Shown one piece after another: positions 52,660 to 64,000 of a DNA stretch of 64,000 bases. Source of the DNA: Octopus vulgaris (taxonomy: Eukaryota); contig OX597822.1 in the NCBI GenBank assembly GCA_951406725.2, positions 69,502,001 through 69,566,000 on the forward strand. The letters run 5' to 3'. Position 1 is the stretch's first letter, and each line of letters begins with the position of its first letter. Made by a program: the position numbers and the translations under genes. The notes under the pieces are model-generated. The model did no database searches. It was given only the letters and a program-made list of their open reading frames with translations, and was not told the origin of the DNA.

Positions 52660-53004
52660 GCGTTTAGGAAAGAAGGCAAGAGTATAGAGCCCACAATCAA
52701 AATTTATTTTTCATACAGTAGTATTAAAACCGGAAATGCAAGGTCTGCATGCCGGTAGCAGATTGAATTCCATTTTAGTTCTCTTTAGTTCTCCCTAACT
52801 AGGTGTGCGTGTGCGTACGCGCTTATCCCTCAGATTTTTTTCCCACTCATCTTCCCACTAGTTCTGGTACACAAGAAATAGAGTTTTATTTAACCATGGA
52901 AGGAAGAAACGCAGTTGTATGGGAGACAAAGCTTTGCAAGTCAGCAGAGGGAGTGTTCAGATTTCAGCAAATTTCAGTAAAAGGAGAGTCAACTACCTGC
53001 AAAT

Positions 53005-53057
<53 letters not shown>

Positions 53058-53091
53058 GTGTGTGTGTGTGTGTCAGTGTGTGTGTGTGTGT

Positions 53092-53138
<47 letters not shown>

Positions 53139-53147
53139 TGTGTGTGA

Positions 53148-53217
<70 letters not shown>

Positions 53218-53571
53218 TTAGAGTTTAGGAAAGAAGGCAAGAGTATAGAGCCCAGAATCAAAATTTATTTTTCATACAGTAGTATTAAAACCGGAAATGC
53301 AAGGTCTGCATGCCGGTAGCAGATTGAATTCCATTTTAGTTCTCTTTGTCTACTGTTCTCCCTAACTAGGTGTGCGTGTGCGTACGCGCTTATCCCTCAG
53401 ATTTTTTTCCCACTCATCTTCCCACTAGTTTTGGTAAACAAGAAATAGAGTTTTATTTAACCATGGAAGGAAGAAACGCAGTTGTATGGGAGACAAAGCT
53501 TTGCAAGTCAGCAGAGGGAGTGTTCAGATTTCAGCAAATTTCAGTAAAAGGAGAGTCAACCAGCTACAAAT

Positions 53572-53632
<61 letters not shown>

Positions 53633-53655
53633 AGTGTGTGTGTGTGTGTGTGTGT

Positions 53656-53722
<67 letters not shown>

Positions 53723-54041
53723 CCCAGAATCCAAAATTTATTTTTCATACAGTAGTATTAAAACCGGAAATGCAAGGTCTGCATGCCGGTAGCAGATTGA
53801 ATTCCATTTTAGTTCTCTTTAGTTCTCCCTAACTAGGTTTGCGTGTGCGTACGCGCTTATCCCTCAGATTTTTTTTCCCACTCATCTTCCCACTAGTTCT
53901 GGTACACAAGAAATAGACTTTTATTTAACCATGGAAGGAAGAAACGCAGTTGTATGGGAGACAAAGCTTTGCAAGTCAGCAGAGGGAGTGTTCAGATTTC
54001 AGCAAATTTCAGTAAAAGGAGAGTCAACTAGCTGCAAATAC
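52657..54041 (+). repeat. Tandem triplication of a ~350-bp unit separated by (TG)n
   Basis: Units ~52657-53005, ~53217-53572, ~53720-54041, near identical. Confidence 0.9.
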
Positions 54042-55544
54042 GTGTGTGTGTGTGTGTGTCTGTGTGTGTGTGTGTCTGTGTGTGTGTGTGTGTGTGTGTC
54101 TGTGTGTGTCTGTGTGTGTGTGTGTGTGAGTGTTGTGTGTGTGTGTGTGTTTGGAGGAATAAAGAAAATAATATAGTTTATGTGTAGGACAGCATTAAAC
54201 ACGTTTTATTCATTTGATTATAAGAGATGTATTATGTTTTAAAATTTTCTATAGTTAAACTGACTTCTTTATGAATATATTAGCATCTTATTTCAATAAT
54301 TTAAGGATTTCATATCTCTCAACAAACTACAACGAGGAGTGTCTTTCCTTCAAGGATATCTTTGATGTTAACTATTTAATACGTTCCGGCTAATTCGAAC
54401 ATATATATATATATGTATATGCATATATATATATGCATGTATGTATTAGGTATGTATATATATATATATATAAGTAGCAGAGAGATACTCGGCCTTGCTC
54501 GGGATTAAAATGGCATAGTTTTTACTTGTTTCAATCATGTGACTGCGGCCATGCTGGGGCACCGCCGTTGCTCGGCCAAATCGACCACAGGATCTAGTAC
54601 TTCTATTAGAGTCTTTTGCGGAACCGCTAAGTTATGGAAACGTAAACACAGCAACATCGGTTGTCAAGCAATGGTGGGGATACAAGCACAGACACACGCA
54701 CAGAGAAATATACACATATATACGATAGTTTTCTTTCAGTTTCCGTGTACGAAATCCATTCAAGTTAGGGTGTTAAAACCACATATGTTTCGTATTTTGA
54801 CAAAATAACACGGGTTATCCAACCTAAGAACTAAAATCCCTTTTGCATGTGTGATATTGTGGATAAGTGAGTTAAGGCTCACATGAGAATATCCCCTGTC
54901 TTATCCCCTCGAATATTCCCTGATATAAGATCTTGAACCTTCTATAAGGGTTAAGGTACATGTAGTAGCTTAACGCAAATACTTGAGAAATAAGATGCAC
55001 TTCCCTATTTAAAGTCTGAAACGCTAGGGAATTAAAACAACGAATTGAAATAAGTTTTAGCAAATCAAAACGATGCTAAATAAATTACTGTTAATAAGAT
55101 GTCTGTTTATTGCCATGAAACATTTTAAATCTATTTTAATGGGTAGGACCAATTTGACGAAGAAATGAGCAGAGTCTGGTAGCGAACCCGTGTTGACGTC
55201 CTTTTTATGCATGTGCATAAAATGACGAAATTTTACATTTTGGGGTAGATTTCTTCAAATTGATGTCACGACGGCTAGTGCGCAAAATGCCTGAATTGTG
55301 TTTGATATATAAAATATACTTACCTATTTAAAACCTGAAACGCTGGAGAATTAAAACAACGAATTGAAATACTAAGTTTAAGCAAATCAAAACAATTCAA
55401 TTTAACTATTCTCAATGCATTTTCAATTTCTATTTTTCCTATATGGTGGCAAGCTGGCAGAATTGTTAGCGTATCAAGCAAAATCCATAACAGCGTTTGG
55501 TTCTAAGTTCCAATTCCACCAAGGTCGACTTTACATTTACAGCG

Positions 55545-58500
55545 CACACGGGTGTGTAGGTTCTACCTGAGAGGTTCCTGCTGGCATGGAAAGGAAGGTG
55601 CAGGCTGCCGCTTTGCACATCGGGGACCCTGCCACAGAGACACGAGGCAGATGGACAAACCATCAACACAAGGAAAAGGGATGGACCACGCACCACTTGC
55701 CCCAAAGCGGAGGTACGCAGATGTTGTGCGTGCCACAAACCACCAACATGATGTTGTCGAAAGGGCAGCTGCTGAGCAACAATCTTTTTTGTGCATGGCA
55801 CAAAAGATTGTACAGCAGCTGAACCTGGCTTCATCAAACCCAAGCCCGCAGGTGGGACTACCCACTATATACCAGACCACCACCACAGCAAACAGACCCA
55901 GGATGGACACCACCGGCAACAACGTACACCTCACCTCGATGCTCCTATTGAACATCAGAGGACTGCAAACACTCAGTAACAGGACAAAAATCCCGTTCCT
56001 GAGAGATTTTGTTGCATGCAATCAAGCCTTATGCATAGCACTAACGGAAACGCACCTGAAACCGGATATAGCAGATGCGGAGTTACACATACCACAGTAT
56101 GCTGTACTACGGACCGACAGGAAAGAAAGGAGTCATGGAGGTGTTGCTATGTACATCCGTGAGGACCTCACACCCCAGGTCCTCTTGTCATACTCAAACT
56201 CGGTGTGTGACACACTAATTGTACATATTAGGCAACTTGATGTAGTTGTGTGTGCTACATATCGCCCTCCAGATGCCCCAAGCCATGTGGGCAAGTTTGA
56301 AGACTGCCTTATAAAAATAGAAGAAGTTCTAACCACATTAGAACAACACATAAGTGTACTTCTTATGGGAGACTTCAATCTGCCAAATGTCAGGTGGCCC
56401 GAGGGCCTTTCTCTCCCAGGAATGACAAGATGTGAACGAGGACAGGCGAGGTCCCTCCTGAACCTCATCAACACCCTGTACATGGAGCAGGTAATACTCC
56501 AACCAACCAGGGCAGGTAACACACTGGATCTCTGCTTCACAAATGACATGGATCTCATCCATAATGTGAAAGTGACACCGACACTACTCTCGGATCACAA
56601 CATGATAGAGCTGACCATGTACGGGCCAAAAGAGAGCACGGACATGCAGCCTACAAGAAACCCCCAGAATCTTTCCAGCTTGAACTACCATAAGGCAAAC
56701 TGGAAACAAATTGAGAAAGAGATCCTCAAACAAAACTGGCCTAAATGTCTCTCCTCGCCAGACATCGACGTGAAACTTCAACAATTCATGTCTGTAATGC
56801 AAGCCATATGCTACAAATATGTCCCAGAGAGAAAGGCCACTGTACACAAGAACAAAATTCCCAGAGAGAGGAAAATTCTAATGAGACGGCGTACAAAATT
56901 TTCAAATCGCCTAAACAAACAGATTGAAAGCAGTGAAAAGTCCCGCCTAAAAATAAAACTGTTGGAAATCGAAAATGTCTGAAACTCTCCCATGAAAAGG
57001 AAAGAGCAGACAAAGAAGCCTGGGCTATAGACAACATAAAATCTAACCCCAGAGCTTTCTACAGGTATGCCAAAGAAACAGCTACGGTGCACTGTAGAAT
57101 AGGGCCACTCCTCGAAAAGGATGGCACACTTACAGGAAAACCAATGAGGGTAAGTGAAATACTGAATGAGCAATTCAAGAGTGTTTTCACTCCACCCCTT
57201 GGGCATCTCCAAATCACCAATCCAACTGACTTTTTTACCACTGCAGATATAAAATCAGAGGCGGCGACGATAGATTACATCGATATAAAGGAAGACGATG
57301 TAATCAAGGCTATAGATGAAATGAAAACAGACTCAGCTACTGGCCCCGATGGATTCCCGGCAATCCTCCTAAAAGCATGTAAGAGAGTCCTAGCAAGACC
57401 ACTGCAGTTCCTCTTTCAGAGCTTCCTTGCAGCTGGCAAACTTCCAAGAAAACTGAAGGAAGGTAAAATATGCCCCATTCATAAAGGAGGTAGCAGAGCG
57501 GAAGCCAAGAACTATAGACCTATCTCTCTGACCTCACACATCAGCAAGGTCATGGAACGAATAGTCAGAAGGAAGCTGATCACCTTCCTTGAAGAAAATG
57601 ACTTGCTGTCCGACACCCAACATGGTTTCCGACCAGGGAGAAGCTGTTTAACTCAGCTCCTACAACACTATGACTGGGTGCTGAAACGGCTGCTCAACCA
57701 CTCAAATGTGGAAGTGATATATCTCGACTTTGCAAAGGCCTTTGATAAAGTCGATCATGGAATGATATGTCACAAACTGCGTGATCTCAACATAGTTGGA
57801 AAACTGGGAGAATGGCTTCATGACTTTCTGAAAGATAGAAGTCAGGTGGTAGTGGCCAATGGGGCCACTTCCATTAACACGCAAATAGTGAGCGGTGTTC
57901 CGCAGGGCACTGTTCTGGGACCACTACTGTTCATAATGGCCCTCTCAGACATGCCCTCAGCCACGCAGAGAGCCACGATCACAAGTTATGCAGATGATAC
58001 AAAAGTTTCACAGGCAATACAGAACCCTGAGGACACTAAACACCTGCAATGTGAGCTAGACAAAATATACAAGTGGGCCGAAAAGAATAGCATGCAGTTC
58101 AATGCTGAAAAGTTTCAAGCTCTATACTATCAGCATGCAAAACTAAATGCAATACCCAATGAATACACTGGACCCGGAGGAATAGCAATCCCAGAGGCAC
58201 AATCAGTGCGTGACCTAGGTATTTACATGAGTGATGACGCGACCTTTCGTGTACATGTTGCTAAATTGGCAATGAAATGTAGACGACTGGCCGGATGGAT
58301 CCTCAGAACCTTTAGAACAAGAGAACAAGAAACCATGATGGTCCTCTGGAGGACACTTGTCCTAAGCCACTTTGACTACTGCTCTCAGTTATGGTCACCA
58401 TCCAGTGTCAAGTTGATCACAGAGCTCGAGGCGATCCAACGTAGCTACACGAAGAAGATACCTCTATGCAGAATGTAAGCTACTGGGAAAGACTCAAAAA

Positions 58501-58985
58501 ATTAAAATTATATTCCCTGGAGCGTAGGCGGGAAAGATATGCCATAATATACATCTGGAAGATCCTGGAGGGAAGTGTCCTGAACTTTGGCATCGAGAGT
58601 TACGCAAATGCCAGAACTGGGCGCCACTGCGTGGTGCCTAGGACTCCAAACTTGCCATCAAGATGTAGGACAAGATTCTGTGATAGCCTGGGCTTCCGAG
58701 GCCCACAGCTCTTCAATATCCTCCCGAAAAACCTGAGAGACCTGCATGGGGTGGATACAGATGTCTTTAAAATGAAGCTGGATCTCTTCCTGTCAGCTGT
58801 CCCAGATGAACCAACTTCACGGCAGGAAGGGCAGATGAGGGCAGCTGCATCGAACTCTCTCATGCACCAAATAGCAGTTGCTAGAAAGCCTTCATGAAGT
58901 GAAACCAAGTAGCAACACCAAATGGCGGTGCCCCAGCATGGCCACAGCTCATAAGCTGAAACTGGAAAAATCAAAATCAAATCAA

Positions 58986-58990
<5 letters not shown>
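55545..58990 (+). mobile_element. APE-RT LINE (CR1/L2 group), 5'-truncated, two frameshifts, (AAATC)n tail
   Basis: CCCH finger CRFYLRGSCWHGKEGAGCRFAH; APE motifs LNIRGL, ETHL, YRPP, GDFN, SDH; RT motifs NYRPISLTS, GVPQGTVLGP, YADD. Confidence 0.92.
55552..58897 (+). pseudogene. LINE ORF (endonuclease-reverse transcriptase) broken at ~56980 and ~58470
   Basis: ORFs 55552-56982, 57087-58478 and 58466-58897 are consecutive parts of one protein. Confidence 0.85.
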
Positions 58991-59050
<60 letters not shown>

Positions 59051-59067
59051 ATCGGCATGATAGATCG

Positions 59068-59114
<47 letters not shown>

Positions 59115-59118
59115 TATA

Positions 59119-59160
<42 letters not shown>

Positions 59161-59206
59161 CGTGTGTGTATATATACATATGTATATATATATGCATATA
59201 TATATG

Positions 59207-59263
<57 letters not shown>

Positions 59264-59419
59264 ATGTGTGTATATATATTATATATACAAAGGAACACTC
59301 TTTGAGTCATGGATGTAAGTGTCGGTCTTGAAACTACTTTCCTTCTGCCGATTAAAAAAGTCTTATTTATCCTGTTTTCTGGAGGTGGCGGGCATCTAAT
59401 AACTCTTTATAAAAATCTC

Positions 59420-60030
59420 TTCTTCTATAGACACGAGGCCTGAAATTTTGGGAAGGCGGATGCTAGTCATTACATCGACCCCAGTGCTCTACATGTACTT
59501 ATTTTATCAACCTCGAAAGGAAACAGGCAAAGTGAACCACGGCGAAATTTGAACTCTGAACGTGAAAACGGACGAAATGCATCTAAGATTTTACCAGCGT
59601 ACTAACGATTCTTATTTCTTTATTGCCCACAAGGGGCTAAACATAGAGGGGACAAACAAGGACAGACAAAGGGATTAAGTCGATTACATCGAACCCAGTG
59701 CGTAACTAGTACTTAATTTATCGACCCCGAAAGGATGAAAGGCAAAGTCGACCTCGGCGGAATTTGAACTCAGAACGTAGCGGCAGACAAAATACCTATT
59801 TCTTTATTGCCCACAAGGGGCTAAACACAGAGGGGACAAAATAGGACAGACAAAGGGATTAAGTCGATTACATCGACCCCAGTGCGTAACTGGTACTTAA
59901 TTTATCGAACCCGAAAGGATGAAAGGCAAAGTCGACCTCGGCGGAATTTGAACTCAGAACATAGCGGCAGACGAAATGCCGCTAAGCATTTCGTCCGGCA
60001 CGCTAACGATTCTGCCAGCTCGCCGCCTTT
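59420..60030 (-). mobile_element. Cluster of SINE family B units
   Basis: Three gaaagg..gaaaggcaaagt cores; head at 60010-60030. Confidence 0.85.
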
Positions 60031-60544
60031 CGAACCTATATAAATAATAAAACACAACAAATAATATATTTCAACTTTTTTACTAGGGGTAAAAGTATAT
60101 GGAATGTGTATCCCTTATTTTCTATGGATTATACACAGATTCTAATAACTTCCGGGTCTTTGTATATCATGCATTGACATTCAAAGCGTCCGATATGCAT
60201 GAAGTCAAAACTGACAGATGAAAAGCATCATAGTTTTAGCCTTCAAATATTTGATTAATCGTATCATGACGTAAGTTGAGGTCAAATCGAACGAACAATG
60301 ATCACTGCTTGGCTAAGAAGCTATCTGTACAAAGTTTCCTGCTCAATACTGTTTGTGTTGCCATTGTGGCTGTTATACTTAAAAGTTATATTTCAGAATA
60401 CCTAAAGTTGACTGAATTCATCATACATTATATTCAGTACGTGTTAATGTTTGCATACGACCAAAGACTATGTACATTTACGCAAGCAAGCCCACGCGCA
60501 TCATATATATATGCTTAATAAAACTATTTCACTAAATTACATTA

Positions 60545-60707
60545 GGCACAAGTGTGGCTGTGTGGTAAGAAGCTTGCTTCCCGACTACATGGTTCCGAGC
60601 TCAGTCCCACTGCGTGGGACCTTGTGCATGTGTCTTCTAATAAAGTCTCGGGCCGATGAAAGCATTGCGAGTAGATTTGGTAGGGAAACTGAAAGAAGCC
60701 CGTCGTA

Positions 60708-60765
<58 letters not shown>

Positions 60766-60950
60766 TTTGTGTTTGTGCTTGTCCCCCACTACCGCTTGAC
60801 AGCCAATGCTGGTGTGTTTATATCTCAGAAACATAGCGCCTATCGGCAAAAAAGGAAGAAGTTCTGGGATCGATTCATTTAGCTGGAAGCTTTTCAAGGC
60901 GGTGCCCCAGAACAGACGCAATCAAATGACAGAAAAAGGTAAAAAGATCA
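60545..60950 (+). mobile_element. SINE family A
   Basis: Head gtggctgtgtggtaag; tail ggcggtgccccag. Confidence 0.75.
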
Positions 60951-61109
60951 CTTCTTATTTTATCGGCCCCTGGAAGAAATAAAAAACAACGTTAATTTCC
61001 ACAGTATTTAAACTCAGAAAGATACCATTAAGACATTTCCAATCAACACTCTATAATGATTTTGTGGAGTCCAGTTTGTCTAGAAAACACTAGATTTGAA
61101 ACCGGATGT

Positions 61110-61209
61110 NNNNNNNNNNNNNNNNNNNNNNNNNNNNNNNNNNNNNNNNNNNNNNNNNNNNNNNNNNNNNNNNNNNNNNNNNNNNNNNNNNNNNNNNNNN
61201 NNNNNNNNN
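61110..61209. other. Assembly gap (100 N)
   Basis: N run; atttgaaaccggatgt repeated on both sides. Confidence 0.98.
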
Positions 61210-61983
61210 ATTTGAAACCGGATGTAAAAACCAAATTACATCGTGGAAAAACCGTTTTAGTTATTTGTTATTAGATTGGGGAGGAGGATAGTCGACGTAA
61301 TTGATTGTCCCCCTTCTCCAAAACTTCAGGACTTATGCCTATACTAGAAATGATATTACTTATCATACTAAAGTGGCGAACTTACAGAATCGTTGGCACG
61401 TCAGACAAAATGCTTAGCGGTATTTTGTCCGTTTTTACATTCTGCGTTCAAATTTTCACCCGTATTTGCGTTAAAGTTTTATCGACTCCTTTCGAGTCGG
61501 TAAAATAAATACCAGTTGAGCACTTGAGTCGATGTAATCGCCTAGTCCCACCACCACCTCTCCAGGCTTTGTTCCTATTATAGAAAGGGTTTTACGTTTT
61601 ACATATAATTGTTAAATTCACTTTTCGTTTATTTCTATGAGTTGTCAAAAGTTTCCCTTGCTCATCTGTGACTAGCACCGTTCCACAGCAGTCACTGCGA
61701 AACTGTGTTAGTGTCCGCGTCGTAATGGTGTGATGAAAACTTCGACATTTCATTTAAGAATTTAAACATTAATGATTTTTGTGTGTGTGTTTTAGATGGC
61801 TAAAATGACTTCCACAAGCAATTGCATCTCTAATAAACACAAAATATTTATTATGCACAAGGAAACATTGAACTTTCTTACTAGGAGTGTATTTGGGAGA
61901 GACACATAGATGAGTGTATTTGCGTTAGATAGATGCATGATAAATCTTCTTTATTTTTCCTAGTGGAATTATCATTGGCTTTA

Positions 61984-63270
61984 TAAGGGTCGACTAAACA
62001 GTTTATAAGCTGACCAAAACTCTCATGGTATGTGAACTAATGAGATTTATTTATCAACATAGTCTCCTTTGCTCTCCACACACTTCTTCCATCGATGTTG
62101 CAATGCTTGGACCTCATTGGTGAAGAAGCTTTTATCCTGTTGGTCAACAAGTCAACAGCAGATATGACGTTATCATCAATGTGATACTGGTTCCCAGTCA
62201 AGTGAGTTTTTTATGTTGGGGAACAGCTGAAAGTCAGATAGGACCAAATCAGGAGAATAGGGAGTGTGATCAACTAATTCAAAGCTACAGTCGCGTTCAG
62301 CACCCATTGAAACAAAGGTCTTGTGTGCTGGAGCATTGTCCTGATGAAACAAGACCCCCTTTCATCAATTTTCCTCGGTGTTCGATCTTGATAGCCTTGC
62401 GTAACTACCCACAAAAGGTTGATGTTGCTCTTTTGAAGATATCCATTAAAAACAATGCATTTAGCATTCGAAAAAAACTTAGGCCAAAGGAAACTACCTT
62501 TTGGCCTTCTTTGGAGCAGGTGAGGAAGGGTGTTTTCACTACATCGATTGTCTCTTTGTCTCTGGCTCATCCTGGGTTGGGAAATTTTGTAAGAAACCAG
62601 CTGGGTCTGCTTCAAACAATGTCGAATTTTCCCGTGGTGGGATCAGCTTGGTGTGCTTTTGATCAGGTGACAGAATACGTGGCACCCATCAAGTAGAAAC
62701 AGTCGTCATGCCAATTTCATTGTATAGAATATTCTCAACTTTCACGGGGTATGCTAATTGCATGGGCTATTTGATTTATAGTCAATCGCCTGTCATCCAT
62801 CATCACATGCTGAACACGACCAATGTTTCTCACGGTGGTGGCAGTTGCAGGACGTCGAGATCTTGGATTATCTTCAAGACTCTCCATTTCATTCCTAAAT
62901 TCAGCTGCCCACTTTTTCACTATTGATAAAGCTGGAACGTCATCCCCTAATGTAGCAACCATGTCAGCATGTATGTTGTTAGGGTCTAAACCCTTTTTCT
63001 TGTCTTTTTTTTTCTTTTCTTTTTTTTGCAGTACTTGAAAACAACACGATACCAAATTTTATCCAGTTTTCACGAGAGATCGCTACTAACTGTCCGACAC
63101 CCAACATGGTTTCCGACCAGGGAGAAGCTGTTTAACTCAGCTCCTACAACACTATGACTGGGTGCTGAAACGGCTGCTCAACCACTCAAATGTGGAAGTG
63201 ATATATCTCGACTTTGCAAAGGCCTTTGAAAACTCCTTTGAACACTCAAATGCCAGTTATTAATAAAAAG
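61984..63270 (-). mobile_element. Mariner transposon remnant
   Basis: IHADMVATLGDD..KKWAAEF..EDNPRSRRPATAT; HTPYSPDL motif near 62245-62268; many frameshifts. Confidence 0.85.
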
Positions 63271-63649
63271 AGTTAAAATGAATGCATTCAAGAGATCACA
63301 GCACTAGTATCACACTTTCATGGTCATCCTGTGGATTATTCAGTCCACACCGGTATGTGCAAATAGAAACTGATACCTGACCTTCATTTATCAGGCGCTT
63401 ACTTCCCACCATGCAGCGCCTGCTATGCATCGGCAAAAAAAGAGCTAAACAACTTCCGTGTTCAAATGAGCATTTGATTGGTTGCCTCAAGACGTGAGCT
63501 GGAATGCGAGTTTGAACAAGAATCATTACTTAACTACTAAACTATCCATACAAAAAACCTTAAGCTGTCCCACTTTCATAATATTTACATATCAACAAAA
63601 GAAAAATATTGAATATAAAACATACCTTATTTAGGAGTAAACATATTTA

Positions 63650-64000
63650 GGCATAGGAGTGGCTGTGTAGTAAGTAGCTTGCTTACGAACCACATGTTTC
63701 TGGATTCAGTCCCACTGAGTGGCAACCTTGGGCAAGTGTCTTCTACTATAGCCTCGGGCCGACCAAAACCTTGTGAGTGAGTTTGGTAGACGGAAACTGA
63801 AAGAAGCCTGTCGTATATATGTATATATATATATATGCGTGTGTGTGTTTGTGTGTCTGTGTTTTCCCCCAAACACCGCTTGACAACCGATGCTGGTGTA
63901 TTTACGTCCCCATAACTTGGTGGTTCGGCAAAAGAGACCGATAGAATAAGTACTAGGCTTACAAAGAATAAGTCCTGGGGTCGATTTGGTCGACTAAGGG
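63650..64000 (+). mobile_element. SINE family A, cut by the window end
   Basis: Matches 1762-2140. Confidence 0.85.

Noticed and set aside
52803-54176. Repeated ORF MEGRNAVVWETKLCK as a tandem peptide gene
   Set aside because: Runs into (TG)n, has no recognisable motif, and follows simply from the DNA triplication.
61095-61225. 16-bp direct repeat around the N run as a TSD
   Set aside because: More likely a contig-end overlap at the scaffold gap.

Overview
AT-rich animal genomic DNA full of microsatellites. The SINE and LINE content resembles an octopus genome (inference from repeat families, not checked). One host gene can be rebuilt by hand on the minus strand: 10 coding exons (38604 to 1195) with GT-AG junctions whose phases all agree, 3006 nt, about 1001 aa. 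It encodes a short N-terminal helical module, a dynamin/mitofusin/BDLP-like GTPase with G1-G4 intact, a long helical stalk, and a C-terminal kinase fold that has lost its catalytic motifs (a DSTYK-like layout, but a pseudokinase). The rest is mostly mobile DNA: R4/Dong-type RLE LINEs stacked in (AAT)n tracts plus a second family in (CATA)n tracts, Penelope-like remnants with minimal hammerhead-ribozyme motifs, a tRNA-headed element with a hammerhead tail in an inverted arrangement, an APE-RT LINE sharing its tail with an abundant SINE, a Ty3/gypsy remnant, mariner remnants and MITEs, non-autonomous Helitrons, local templated duplications, and one 100-nt N gap. Most short ORFs in the track are microsatellite artefacts. 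Repeat boundaries are approximate.
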